The notes beneath the pieces were generated by a model, which made no database searches, was not told the origin of the DNA, and saw only the letters and a list, made by a program, of their open reading frames with translations. 64,000 nt of DNA from Anaerohalosphaeraceae bacterium (GTDB taxonomy: Bacteria > Planctomycetota > Phycisphaerae > Sedimentisphaerales > Anaerohalosphaeraceae): the NCBI GenBank assembly GCA_963675525.2, contig CAXXSL010000011.1:609635-673634 (forward strand), written 5' to 3'. Position numbers and translations under genes: made by a program. Positions 8,342 through 19,051 of the stretch are shown here, one piece after another (within the stretch, counting starts at the first letter, position 1; every line of letters begins with the position of its first letter).

Positions 8342-10912
8342 TTAATACGTTTCAAGCCATTGGCCTGCAAAAATAATCAAATCCTGCAGGTCGATCGTGC
8401 CTTTGCTCGCCGTCATGTCACATTCAGCATTGTAATCGGCATCCCCCGACGATGTCTGCCACGCCTGTGAAAAGATCGCCAAATCCGGCATCCTCACATC
8501 ACACGTCTCGTCAAAGTCGCCTACCAACGGATCAACCGCCGGAACACCAATTAGCTTAATACTTGGCAATGAATTGTGAACAGAACGATATTTGCCGTAG
8601 TAATCACTCCAATCCAGAGGGTCACCGTGTGCTCCCGTGCTCGAACCCACTGAGTAAACGCGGTTTTGGGCAACATCTTGAATGAAATAACCGCCATATG
8701 GCGAAGTGATACCGCTATTGTTAAAACTAAAGTCGATCATCAGATTTTGCGTTCCATTATAATCAAACGGCGTATCCAAATGAAAATTGATCCACCCAGT
8801 CGGAGACATTGTTTCATTTGCCTGATACACTGTCGTCCAGTCGGATGTCTCTAATTCATAGGGAGCGTCTTGGAAAAACGTTTTATTGGTATGCTTCATT
8901 CGAATCGTCCAATTGCTTAATGTGCGTCCCGGCACCTGCCCTATTCGTAACGACAAATCGGTCAACCGTTTCGCTGAACCGATTTCCGTCGGTAAATAAA
9001 TTACTTGCGAACGGGCATCATAAAAGAAATCGGTGTCCATCATAATACCGTATAAATAGGTGTTCGATTCTGTTCCAAACTCAGAATAAAGCTGATTGTT
9101 CACATTCACCGTCACTGTTGCGATATTGGAATCACCGCCGGTGGGATAGGTACCGCCATCGTTGGCTTTATAGGTAAAGGTGTCCACGCCCCCAAAATAC
9201 GGACACGGTAGATAGGTTACCCCATTGGCATCCACAGCGGAAAAAGTATACGGAACCGTATTGATCGGCCCGACATTCGGCTCGCTCAGATCACCATGGG
9301 CCGGCAGTGACGTAATAATATACTCCATAAGGTTGGGGTCAGGGTCGCCGTCATCCAATACCTGAAGCTGGATCGTAACCGAATCGGTCGAGTCCACATC
9401 CGCTTCAACGTCAAAGGCCGTGGGTGGGCCTGTGTCTGCCGAAACAAATAAAATCCCGCTTCTGTTACCCGGAATGCTCCAGTCGGAAGAGGTGCCTGTC
9501 GTTACATTTTGATCCAGAAAACTTTCGCCGCTTTTTTCAGCAGAGATTTTGTAGGTTGTATTGGACAAGAGGTTTTTTAAGGCAAAAACACCCCGGCTAT
9601 TCGTGGTGGTCTGTTTAACAATGGTCGTCCCAACACGAGCCGTCACGGTAACCCCGCTCAGCGGCACCTCGGCCAGATTCGTCACTCTCCCGCTGATAAT
9701 CTCGCCGCTGCCGCTGGTATAAATATTATACACCACGTCATCAATCACTGTATACGTATAATAGGCATCAATCAGCGGCAACTGATACCACGCGTTGTCA
9801 CTGCCGCCCCATCCCATATTAATATGGTGATACAATGTATCGCCCGTGTAGCCATAACCATCGGCAATAACAGCATGTCCCCCGCCGACGCGGCTGATGC
9901 CCAACATAACAGGCAGTTGCGCATCCAGATTCGCATTCAGGATATTCCACAGGCGGTCATCACCGGAAGAGGTGAAGTTTTGCGTGTAAATACTATTGGT
10001 GTATTTGAATGTGTCAACCATTTCATGATCAGCATCCCCCAGACTGGCCGAAGAACCACCGGAACTACTGGGGCCGTAAGACATATTCACAGACACTCCG
10101 GCGTCAGAACAAAGTGCTCCAATCTCTTCCCGCTGGGCCGGAGTGATGCCGTCAAGCGGCACAAATGGCATCAGCGACCAGCTATAAGCTCCGCCGAAAC
10201 CATCGCCTCCGATATACCCGCTTCCAATCCCGGTTGTCGGCCACGAATGATACCGCATGACCTGTGCCATCGCCGTCGCCACACAACCGCAGGGATAATT
10301 GCTGGGAGTGTAATAGTTATAACATGGACTGCCTGACACATCCCCTTGATCCCACTCCGATTGAATGAATGGATCGACCCATACCTCGCTGACAGATGCG
10401 ACAGATGTCAGATCCATTGAAAACGGCCCGGAATACACGGGGATGTCGGCATCAATCAATGTTTGCCACTTGCGTGTTTTCTTTGCAACGTTTAATTTTT
10501 TTCCCTTCTTTTGCCGAACCGTTTCTAAACGCCCTTTCATGTCTTTTTTCAGCATGGTCGTCAACGGGCTGCTCTCGTCGCCGTCATAATAACCGGTTGA
10601 TGAAAACGCGATGACCGGTTCAATTTCGTCGTTCGCCGAAATAATCACAAAACCAGCCGGTTCCAGGTTTACAATATAACACAGTGCCTGACCCGTCTCA
10701 TCAACCATCGCCTCAATGTCGGCGGCAACTTCACTGATAGACTGCTCCATCGGTTCTCTGTTCAGTTTGAGCCAACCCCGAGCCGCTTTTTGAGCCTGAC
10801 CCTTATTAACAAGCCCGGCTGTAGACAAATCAGAAAAGAGGATTAGCAGCGTTATGATTACAACAAAGAAATGAACTAACCCTGTTTTTGGATGAGAAAC
10901 CGCTTTTTTCAT
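8342..10912 (-). CDS. Secreted C10 (streptopain-like) cysteine peptidase with prodomain, Ig-like domains and C-terminal dockerin-like module
   Basis: Signal peptide; GFVIISANDEIEPVIAFS prodomain; GCVATAMAQVM, GHAVIADGY, HINMGWGG; C-terminal GDFDETCDVRMPDL..GTIDLQDL..WL. Confidence 0.9.
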   Translation of the reverse strand: MKKAVSHPKTGLVHFFVVIITLLILFSDLSTAGLVNKGQAQKAARGWLKLNREPMEQSISEVAADIEAMVDETGQALCYIVNLEPAGFVIISANDEIEPVIAFSSTGYYDGDESSPLTTMLKKDMKGRLETVRQKKGKKLNVAKKTRKWQTLIDADIPVYSGPFSMDLTSVASVSEVWVDPFIQSEWDQGDVSGSPCYNYYTPSNYPCGCVATAMAQVMRYHSWPTTGIGSGYIGGDGFGGAYSWSLMPFVPLDGITPAQREEIGALCSDAGVSVNMSYGPSSSGGSSASLGDADHEMVDTFKYTNSIYTQNFTSSGDDRLWNILNANLDAQLPVMLGISRVGGGHAVIADGYGYTGDTLYHHINMGWGGSDNAWYQLPLIDAYYTYTVIDDVVYNIYTSGSGEIISGRVTNLAEVPLSGVTVTARVGTTIVKQTTTNSRGVFALKNLLSNTTYKISAEKSGESFLDQNVTTGTSSDWSIPGNRSGILFVSADTGPPTAFDVEADVDSTDSVTIQLQVLDDGDPDPNLMEYIITSLPAHGDLSEPNVGPINTVPYTFSAVDANGVTYLPCPYFGGVDTFTYKANDGGTYPTGGDSNIATVTVNVNNQLYSEFGTESNTYLYGIMMDTDFFYDARSQVIYLPTEIGSAKRLTDLSLRIGQVPGRTLSNWTIRMKHTNKTFFQDAPYELETSDWTTVYQANETMSPTGWINFHLDTPFDYNGTQNLMIDFSFNNSGITSPYGGYFIQDVAQNRVYSVGSSTGAHGDPLDWSDYYGKYRSVHNSLPSIKLIGVPAVDPLVGDFDETCDVRMPDLAIFSQAWQTSSGDADYNAECDMTASKGTIDLQDLIIFAGQWLETY

Positions 10913-11015
10913 CAGAATACCTCCTGCAAGTGGTCATTAACTCCTCGAATACCCATTAGATGAATATATATCACATACTCACTGGGATTTCAATATAAAA
11001 CACTCTTTGTAAACC

Positions 11016-11678
11016 TTAAAGGTCCGGGATGATTTCGGGATAAAGGATTCCCGTACTGGACACTTTGAAGACATAGATCAGTCCCGGTTTGAGCTGGCGA
11101 TAGACGGCGTTTCCGAAGATGGCCTTGATGCCGAGGCTTTCAAGCCGCTTGGGATTATTGGACAACTGCCAGATCTCGTTCCAGAATAACTGCGTATCCT
11201 CGATCGACAGTTTCCGGCAGAGTTGTTCATACCGCGGCGACGGCAGGCCTTCGGCTTCGATCGGAAATCCCTGCTCGGGCGTCATCTTCTCGCCATAAAT
11301 CCGCCGCCACAGGTACATCGCCCGTTCTTTGCCGTCCTTGACCAGTTCACCGCTGAAAGTTACGATCAGCGTGTCAAAGTGTACGACATCCCCCTCGATC
11401 TCATATTCCTGCTTCAAAATATGGTTCGTAAAATCGGCCGGATCGGCTTCGACAAACAGTAGTTTTGTATAGAGTTTACCCTCCCGCGTTTCCTGCGAAA
11501 GCACCTTGGCATAGCCGATCTGGTTTTCGGCACTGAGATTGGAAATGGCCGTTTTCAGGTCTTCATTCTCGCCTAACAAATCTTCAATGGTACGATTGAC
11601 CGCCACGTACCGCCACAAGAAGACCCCCGCCGCCAGTACAACAACCACAGAACCGATTTTTATACTTGTTTTTACCAT
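11016..11678 (-). CDS. Hypothetical protein with N-terminal membrane anchor and coiled coil
   Basis: 220 aa ORF with TM helix at the N-terminus. Confidence 0.75.
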   Translation of the reverse strand: MVKTSIKIGSVVVVLAAGVFLWRYVAVNRTIEDLLGENEDLKTAISNLSAENQIGYAKVLSQETREGKLYTKLLFVEADPADFTNHILKQEYEIEGDVVHFDTLIVTFSGELVKDGKERAMYLWRRIYGEKMTPEQGFPIEAEGLPSPRYEQLCRKLSIEDTQLFWNEIWQLSNNPKRLESLGIKAIFGNAVYRQLKPGLIYVFKVSSTGILYPEIIPDL

Positions 11679-11853
11679 TTTGAGTCCCGTTTAAGCATTG
11701 AATATATAAAAAACCATTGAATCTATCGGCAAAGCAACAGCATTTTCCTTGCTTTTTCTTGGTTTGACAATAAGGATGGATTTTTCGTACAATTCAGCCG
11801 ATATGTCATCCAAAAGACCAGCAACTGATTAACTGAAATCTATTGGGTGTTGC

Positions 11854-13824
11854 TTAGAAATGCAGCTCAAGTCCGGCATAAAAAGTTCTGCCAGGGCCAT
11901 TGGACAGGGAATCTGGATAGCCGGCATAGGTCATTGTCGGAACGAAAATTTCTTCATCAAGAAGATTTTCACCCCGCAGCGTCAATATCGATCTGCCCTT
12001 TTTCATGCCCATATATTTCGACACATCCATGCGTATACTCAGTGAGATTAAATCGAGCGCATCGGGTTTCGGATTTCCCGTAACCGCTGAGGGTATTCGC
12101 GGAGGCGTCCCGAAATGACTCCAGAAAAGCGCTGCTGAGCCGCCATCCCAGGTATACGCTGTGCCCAGTTTTAGCATGGTATGGGGGACAACCGTCGGAT
12201 TAATATCTGAATCCGCCTTATCATTCTGGTACATAAATGAGCCCAGCACGTGCCACTCAGGCGTCATAAAGTGTTTGCACTCAAATTCTACACCATCGAA
12301 CTTCTGTTCCCCTCCGTTTTTATAACTGGTAGGAACAACACTTGTATCAAACACAATTTGTTTTTTAATAAGACTGTTAAAATAGGTAACAGCAGCATAT
12401 GTTTTTTCGTCCTGGTAAAATAACTGGGCATCATAAGTCGTAATGATTTCCGGCTCAAGATTAAGATTGCCTACCAGCACAGGGTCAGAAAGATATGTTT
12501 CTATTGCGATAGGAGCCCTGAAAGCTTCACCTTTCATAATTTTAACACCCCAGTTATCAAACGGCGTCAGTATAATGCCCTGCCGAGAGATGATATCTTC
12601 AAAGCCCTGGCCAGACTTTTGCCACTGCATTCCCGCAATCAGCTTTACCCAATCCCCAAATTTATAATCTCCCTGTGCATAATAACTTCTCGGCTGAGAT
12701 CGATAATCGACAATCGTCTGCTGCAAATCATCATCCGGCGCATAATTGGTTAGATATTCCTGCAAATATCCCATCACAATGTTTGAATTGTCCGTCGGAT
12801 TGGCAAAAAGCGTAATCTCACCCAATACATCCGACGTATTAGTACCGATGCGTGTGATAGCCGGGCTGCCCAATGTATTTTCCTGGAGATTATAGGTGGC
12901 ATTTAATTCAACATACATCCGTTCGTGCAAATCAAGCCGATAGGCCGTATTGACAAATAATCGCCTCGTACGTATTGTATGTTTGGGAATAAACCAAAAT
13001 GGCTGTACTCCCAATGCAAACGCATCAAGATCGGCGGCAAAAACATCTATTCTTAAATCCTGATGCTCCAGATGTAAAACACCGGAGAAACTCTCATCAC
13101 GGACATGATCGCTGCCGGGCACTCCCAGGCCGTCAATCATGCTGTAATCATGGCCCCGCTGATTCATCAGACGAACTGCACCGACATATCCGAAATCACC
13201 AAATCGGCCCGCACCGGAAACAGAGGTTTGATAATAGTCATGACTACCTGCCATGGAAGATACGATAAGTTCGTTTTCATCCGGAATTTGCCGGGTTCTT
13301 AAATTGACGACGCCCGTAAAGGCATTCGTTCCATACAGAACGGAGCCCGGACCGCGGATTAGTTCAAGACTTTCCATGGCTTCTAATGGAAAACCCATAT
13401 AAACAGCGGAATTGATCGATTGAGCACTTTCACGAATCGGTCGGCCGTTCAGCAGCAAAAGGGTATGCGTTTCAGAGTGGGCTGATAAATCTCCGCGAAA
13501 TCCCGCCATACTCTGGCCATACACGAAGGATCGACGTGTATATACACTGGGCTGGCGCTGCAGCAACTGGAAGAGACTTCGATCCCCGTAAAGTATCATC
13601 TCTTCTCGTGGAACAACCACCACGATACCAGGTGCCTCGATTGTTTTTTCAGACTTTTTCGAAGCAACGGAAATACTAACGCCCATCAATTGCTCCAGGG
13701 ACATATCAAAAAGATCGTCCGACACAGCATTCGCGTCATTTCCTGCAAAGGCCGGATGGCAAGCGGCAACAAAAAGAATCGCCGCTAACAATATCAAAAA
13801 CCGTCTAAATAAAGCCTGCATCAT
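11854..13824 (-). CDS. TonB-dependent receptor
   Basis: Signal peptide; DLFDMSLEQLM; plug motifs LLLLNGRPI and LELIRGPGSVLYGTNAFTGVVN; C-terminal GRTFYAGLELHF. Confidence 0.95.
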   Translation of the reverse strand: MMQALFRRFLILLAAILFVAACHPAFAGNDANAVSDDLFDMSLEQLMGVSISVASKKSEKTIEAPGIVVVVPREEMILYGDRSLFQLLQRQPSVYTRRSFVYGQSMAGFRGDLSAHSETHTLLLLNGRPIRESAQSINSAVYMGFPLEAMESLELIRGPGSVLYGTNAFTGVVNLRTRQIPDENELIVSSMAGSHDYYQTSVSGAGRFGDFGYVGAVRLMNQRGHDYSMIDGLGVPGSDHVRDESFSGVLHLEHQDLRIDVFAADLDAFALGVQPFWFIPKHTIRTRRLFVNTAYRLDLHERMYVELNATYNLQENTLGSPAITRIGTNTSDVLGEITLFANPTDNSNIVMGYLQEYLTNYAPDDDLQQTIVDYRSQPRSYYAQGDYKFGDWVKLIAGMQWQKSGQGFEDIISRQGIILTPFDNWGVKIMKGEAFRAPIAIETYLSDPVLVGNLNLEPEIITTYDAQLFYQDEKTYAAVTYFNSLIKKQIVFDTSVVPTSYKNGGEQKFDGVEFECKHFMTPEWHVLGSFMYQNDKADSDINPTVVPHTMLKLGTAYTWDGGSAALFWSHFGTPPRIPSAVTGNPKPDALDLISLSIRMDVSKYMGMKKGRSILTLRGENLLDEEIFVPTMTYAGYPDSLSNGPGRTFYAGLELHF

Positions 13825-14151
13825 GAAAACCTCTTTTCTTTCGATTCTCTATTCTCAGCCTTCTTGCGGTCGTAAGGATATTAACCATCGTTCTGGGCTA
13901 TACTGTCATAAGCGACATACATATAAATTGATTATCGACGGTTTCATATAAGAATATAACGATAAACTTCTAATACCTGATCAGTACCCCCCGAAACGAG
14001 AGGGAGCTGTCCGATAATATCAATAAAATCCTTTTCACACGGATTCCATGGGCATCCACTTGACATAAGAGGGTCGAATGCGGATAATGGCTTCGGCCTT
14101 AACGGAACTAACGGAAGTCTTCCACATTGACGTATGAAAAGGTTTTAAGAT

Positions 14152-14796
14152 ATGAGCAACATCGAATTCAAGTCGAACCAGACGATTTTGTTCATCGGCG
14201 ACAGCATTACCGACGCTCAGCGGCGCCAGCAGCCTTATGCGCCTCTCGGTTCGGGGTATGTACATTTTGCGGCCAATTTCCTGTTGGCAACTTATCCGCA
14301 TCTGAATCTGAACATCCAAAACCGAGGCATCTCAGGAGATACCACCCGCGATCTGCTCATACGCTGGGACACCGATTGCATCGCACTAAAGCCTGACATC
14401 ATCAGCATTATGATCGGCATCAATGACCTGTGGCGAAAATTTAAGGAGTCCAACGAAACCCAACGCACGCATGTAGCCCCCATTGAATACCGGACCAACC
14501 TAACCGAACTGCTCCAGCGTACTACAAATGAATGCGGTTCGCAGTTAATTCTCATGGAGCCGTTTATGTTTTGCGATAATCCGCAAAACCCCATGCTCTG
14601 TGAATTGACACGCTATATCGACATCGTCTGCAAACTCGCCGATGAATTCGATGCCACATACGTACCGATCCACACAAACTATACCCGATTGCTGAACAAA
14701 CGCCCCGCCTATGAATGGGCCGAAGACACCGTCCACCCTTATGAATGGGCCCATGCCTGGATTGCCAAACAATGGCTGGATACCGTGATTCAGTGA
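14152..14796 (+). CDS. SGNH/GDSL hydrolase
   Basis: FIGDSIT, NRGISG, MIGIND, DTVHP blocks. Confidence 0.93.
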   Translation: MSNIEFKSNQTILFIGDSITDAQRRQQPYAPLGSGYVHFAANFLLATYPHLNLNIQNRGISGDTTRDLLIRWDTDCIALKPDIISIMIGINDLWRKFKESNETQRTHVAPIEYRTNLTELLQRTTNECGSQLILMEPFMFCDNPQNPMLCELTRYIDIVCKLADEFDATYVPIHTNYTRLLNKRPAYEWAEDTVHPYEWAHAWIAKQWLDTVIQ

Positions 14797-14836
14797 TACA
14801 TGTTTTAAAATGAATCTCTTAAATCAAATGGCGATA

Positions 14837-15196
14837 TTATCCGATATCGATCTTGGGCGCCGGATCGGGCGATTCTATTTCGGGTGCCAGCGTGAGTTTC
14901 GGTTCGCCGCCGTCTGACTTGGGAACCGGAACCGGTACCGGGCGAATAGCTGCTTTTTTGGGGGTGTCAGCGGGCAACTGATCGGGTTTTCTTCCGTTGA
15001 ACTGGCCACACCAGTTATTGTCATAGACCTTCGGCCAATGCACATCCACCTTGACTGAACCGACCGCATGAACCTTGGGAACATATTCACAAGGATTCGG
15101 ACGCGGTGCGTAACGGCGGCATTCACCGAAATTTTCAGCAGTTTTATCAAAAAATACACAATGACAACAAGCCATTCCTGGAACCGGAGCGGTCAT
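14837..15196 (-). CDS. Small Cys-rich hypothetical protein
   Basis: CCHCVFF..GECRRYAP..WPKV..WCGQF followed by a Pro-rich tail; GGAGG RBS. Confidence 0.7.
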   Translation of the reverse strand: MTAPVPGMACCHCVFFDKTAENFGECRRYAPRPNPCEYVPKVHAVGSVKVDVHWPKVYDNNWCGQFNGRKPDQLPADTPKKAAIRPVPVPVPKSDGGEPKLTLAPEIESPDPAPKIDIG

Positions 15197-15264
15197 AACA
15201 AACCTCCCTTCAAAAAAAGATTAACACATCAGAGCGGCATTCAAGCCCGCTCTCTTATTCCTAT

Positions 15265-16959
15265 TTAAAACCGTCGGCTGCGAATAATGGAAATCAGCAG
15301 CCACATACCGATGATCATAGCCGTCACATATCCCAATACGCCCAGCGTCTGAAGACTGACAAGGCCGAGAATGTTTCCGGTTTGGGATACCAAGAGGCTC
15401 GAACCGATCAGCAATGCCGCAATAATAACAGCAAAAGCAAGACGGTTGGAGCTATTGTCCAGCGTTTTTTCCAGCTCTTCGAGATGCTCGTGGTGTACGT
15501 GAATTTTGAATTTGCCACGGCGGAATTTCTGGATGATCGCCCCGGCATCCTCGGGAAACCGGGCCGCCAGTTCGCCGGCGCCGCGGGTCGCCTTGCGGAC
15601 CTGGCGGAACAGATTTTCCGGGCCGATCTCCTGCAGCGAAAACCGTCGTGCATAAGGTTTGAGCAGTTCAATGATCTGGAAGTCTTTATCGAGGTCCGTC
15701 GCAAATGCCTCAATCGTCATCAGGGACTTGAGCATCAGGGTAAAATCACGCGGCGGTTCGACCCGATGCCGCCGGATGACATCAAAGATGCGGCGGATGG
15801 CCTGCCCGAACGGGATGTCTTTCAGGGGAAGATTGGCATAGGTGGCCAGGATATCTTCCACATCACGGGAAAACTCGGTAATATCGGTGTCATCGTCGAG
15901 CATTTGGGCACGCTCCAGACCGCTGACAATCTTAGAGGCATCGCTGTCAACAATTGACAGCACAAGATACTGCAGAAGCATACGGTCCTGCTGCGTCAAA
16001 CGGCCAACCTGTCCGAAATCCAGCGGGGCCAGAACGTTGTCACCCATGACGAGAAAATTGCCGGGGTGCGGATCGGTATGAAAAAACCCGTAGTCGAATA
16101 TTTGCTTGAGCACAAAGTCGGCACCGCGACGGGCGATAATCTTCGGATCCAGTCCGGCCTGTTGGAGCAACTGAATGTGACTGGGCTTAATGCCATCGAT
16201 GTATTCCATCGTCAGTACGCCTTCGGAACAGTATTTCTCGATGACAGCTGGCACGTGCACCGTTTTGTCTTCGGCAAAGTTACGAATGAAGCGCTGTTGG
16301 TTGCGGCGTTCATTAGCTAGGTCCACTTCTTTGGTTACCGCCTCACTGAACTCACGGACCATACGGACCGGATCAAACGCTGCCGGCGATGAAAGGCGTG
16401 ACTTGACAAGGCCGGCAATATCCTGCAGTATCTCCATCTCCGTTTGGAGCGTTTTGACGATGTGGGGACGCCGGATTTTGACCACAACTTCATGGCCCTC
16501 CTGAGTAACAGCCCGATGCACCTGGGCAATACTGGCGGCCGCGATGGGAACAGGGTCAAATGTTTTAAAAATTTCTTCAGGGGACGCACCAAGCTGCTGC
16601 GTAATCTGGTCACGAATGGTTTTATATTTTTCCGAGGTAACGCGGTCCTGCAGATGCTCAAACTCCTGTATGTATTCGTCGCCAACCAGGTCCGGACGAG
16701 TACTGAGCAACTGGCCCAGTTTGATAAATGTCGGCCCCAGTTCTTCCATCGCCAGACGAACACGCCGGGCCAGGGACGTTTGAGCCAACGACTGCTTTTG
16801 AGAACCGGGCAACCCCTTGGACCCCAGGCCGATTTTGAGTCGGCGTGCGAAGATACCGGCAATCTCCTCAAAACCGTACTTGATCAGTACGCCCATGATA
16901 TGCCGGTAACGCACCAAATGCGTATACGTCTTCCTGATTCCAAAAAATGGGTTCCGCAT
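15265..16959 (-). CDS. AarF/UbiB (ABC1) family kinase-like protein
   Basis: LGPTFIKLGQLLSTRPD, AAASIAQVHRA, VVVKIRRP, FFHTDPHPGN, LDFG; two C-terminal TM helices. Confidence 0.95.
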   Translation of the reverse strand: MRNPFFGIRKTYTHLVRYRHIMGVLIKYGFEEIAGIFARRLKIGLGSKGLPGSQKQSLAQTSLARRVRLAMEELGPTFIKLGQLLSTRPDLVGDEYIQEFEHLQDRVTSEKYKTIRDQITQQLGASPEEIFKTFDPVPIAAASIAQVHRAVTQEGHEVVVKIRRPHIVKTLQTEMEILQDIAGLVKSRLSSPAAFDPVRMVREFSEAVTKEVDLANERRNQQRFIRNFAEDKTVHVPAVIEKYCSEGVLTMEYIDGIKPSHIQLLQQAGLDPKIIARRGADFVLKQIFDYGFFHTDPHPGNFLVMGDNVLAPLDFGQVGRLTQQDRMLLQYLVLSIVDSDASKIVSGLERAQMLDDDTDITEFSRDVEDILATYANLPLKDIPFGQAIRRIFDVIRRHRVEPPRDFTLMLKSLMTIEAFATDLDKDFQIIELLKPYARRFSLQEIGPENLFRQVRKATRGAGELAARFPEDAGAIIQKFRRGKFKIHVHHEHLEELEKTLDNSSNRLAFAVIIAALLIGSSLLVSQTGNILGLVSLQTLGVLGYVTAMIIGMWLLISIIRSRRF

Positions 16960-16968
16960 CGGCTCCGC

Positions 16969-17256
16969 CTATCGGTTCAGCAGTTTGTCGAGCTTTTCCT
17001 CGATGCGTTTAACGTCTTCCTTGGTCGCCATGGGCTGTTTGCCAAGTGCCTTATCGATCTGCTCAGAAATGAGCTTTTCCAGGTCCTTTTTGCTTTTTTC
17101 GGCACGGTCCATCAAGTCCTTGACAAATCCGGCACGGTGTTCTTTTTCCGCTTTGCCCTTTTCGACGTATTCATCGAAAATCTCCTCGGCCTTTTCCTTG
17201 GTCATGGACATGGCTCCCAATCCGGCAAGCATCAGTTTATCGAGTGTTTCAAACAT
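16969..17256 (-). CDS. Phasin-like / PHA-synthesis-regulator small protein
   Basis: MLAGLGAMSMTKEKAEE..VEKG..ATKEDVKRIEEKL; typical partner upstream of AarF. Confidence 0.8.
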   Translation of the reverse strand: MFETLDKLMLAGLGAMSMTKEKAEEIFDEYVEKGKAEKEHRAGFVKDLMDRAEKSKKDLEKLISEQIDKALGKQPMATKEDVKRIEEKLDKLLNR

Positions 17257-17548
17257 AAGGACTCCTTTCTTGTAGACGTGATAAACAGGTTTCTCTTGCG
17301 ATTCAACCTCATATAGGCATTATAGCACGTATCTCATACCGTTTCAAGCGTCAAATTATCCGGTATAATGAGGAAAAAAACGATTAGAAACGATTCCGGA
17401 GGAGAGTGCAATGTCATGGTTTCAGCGTTGTTTGCAAAGGCCCGATTCCACCAGGCATGTACAATAACCAAATTCAAAAATAATGTTCTGTTGAGGTGTG
17501 AAGATTATCCCTGGGGTCTTTGATGAGATAGATAGGTACGTAAAGATA

Positions 17549-17935
17549 CTATTTCAGCGAGGTAACTTTCTTGGAGACCTGTTTTTTGCCCTTCTTGAAT
17601 TCCACACCATCTTTGTTGATATCGATGATTGTATATCCTTTGACCTCATCTCCAATTTCATAGACATTATCGGAAATGATCGCTGCCTGCATTTTTGAGT
17701 TACATACCACACCCGAAACAACCAATCCCCTTCGTTTAGAAAACTCGTGAAACGATTCCCTGACTGAGGAAGGACTGATCTCAAGATAAAAACCTGATAC
17801 AGTCAGCCATAATGCCAGATTCACTCCGAATAAGACAAGAAATTTCTTCTTTGAAAACGGCTTCTTGCGAGATGTCGCAGCAGACGTTTCAATGCAAGAA
17901 TCAAACGGCCTTTCTTTTAAATATTTTAATGCCAT
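17549..17935 (-). CDS. Membrane-anchored protein with GspB/GspC/MshK-like beta domain
   Basis: TM helix then AAIISDNVYEIGDEVKGYTIIDINKDGVEF. Confidence 0.55.
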   Translation of the reverse strand: MALKYLKERPFDSCIETSAATSRKKPFSKKKFLVLFGVNLALWLTVSGFYLEISPSSVRESFHEFSKRRGLVVSGVVCNSKMQAAIISDNVYEIGDEVKGYTIIDINKDGVEFKKGKKQVSKKVTSLK

Positions 17936-18337
17936 ATTTCAGATCTCCACTGTTCCACTCATATTCTCTCTTCATAATACTCTTTCGTCAATACTATACG
18001 TACATATAACAAAAAAATACAAATCAGCCGTTCTTGGTTAAAAAAACAAAAAAACCGTAAAAGTACGGAACAATAATAAATAAACGCCATTTTTGCGGTC
18101 AGATATAGGAATTGGGCCGGATAATCACACCTTTAATCAATTCTGACAAATGTGAGAATTGGTTGATAAGAACAAAAATAGTGAAGTCAAGGTCCCATAA
18201 GAGACGATACATAAATATATTCAAATATAAACATCTTTTTCTTTTGTTAATATTTTATTAATATTGCTTCTTCTCTGTATATGATGCAGAGTATTAACTA
18301 TAAGTTAAAGAAACCTTGTTTTGGATGAAGGCTAAAA

Positions 18338-18733
18338 ATGAAGGTTCTAATCGTTGATGACGATGCGGGTTCGCGCAAACTATTACAACTTTACCTTTCA
18401 GAATATGGTACGTTGGTAACAGCGACCTCGGGGCAGGAAGCCGTTGAAATATTTGAACGCTCGTTTGATGACAATGAACGGTTCGATCTGATCTGCCTGG
18501 ATTATATGATGCCCGGGATGGATGGTGTTGAGACTCTCGATGCCATTCGTCAAATCGAGCGCCAACGGGGTATCAATCGCTCCGACCGCGCCAGAATCAT
18601 CATGACCACGGTCGTTGATCAGGAAGAAGATATTCTCAAGGCATTTGAGACCGGTTGTGACTCGTATGTCATCCGGCCTGATCGGAAAGAACGGCTCGTG
18701 GAAGAAATCCGAAGTTTTGGCCTCATCGCCTAA
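18338..18733 (+). CDS. Single-domain response regulator (CheY-like)
   Basis: VLIVDDD, LICLDYMMPGMDG; conserved Lys replaced (YVIRP). Confidence 0.93.
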   Translation: MKVLIVDDDAGSRKLLQLYLSEYGTLVTATSGQEAVEIFERSFDDNERFDLICLDYMMPGMDGVETLDAIRQIERQRGINRSDRARIIMTTVVDQEEDILKAFETGCDSYVIRPDRKERLVEEIRSFGLIA

Positions 18734-18763
18734 ATAAAAGCCCTGCTAAAGCGGCCCAATGTC

Positions 18764-18805
18764 ATGATTGGATTATCGTGTTATATGAAACAATAATCCA
18801 ATCAT
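18764..18805. repeat. Perfect 13-bp inverted repeat
   Basis: ATGATTGGATTAT ... ATAATCCAATCAT downstream of the response regulator. Confidence 0.8.
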
Positions 18806-19051
18806 CATAGACAAGTATTTCTTTTGTATTCCAGATGCATCCTGTCGACATTATATATTTATCTCTTTAATCCTTTTAAAATAATTACTTACAACGTAAT
18901 TAACCCGTATGGCTTATTTTGCCGATAGAAAAATGGTTTGAGGACATTTTTGGCTTGCATTTTTATTGTTATCGGCTATCTTGGCGCTTTCTAATTTTTT
19001 TGAAAAATCAGGTGCAATGAACTCTTTTTTGAAGGGAAGGTTTGAAACTGT

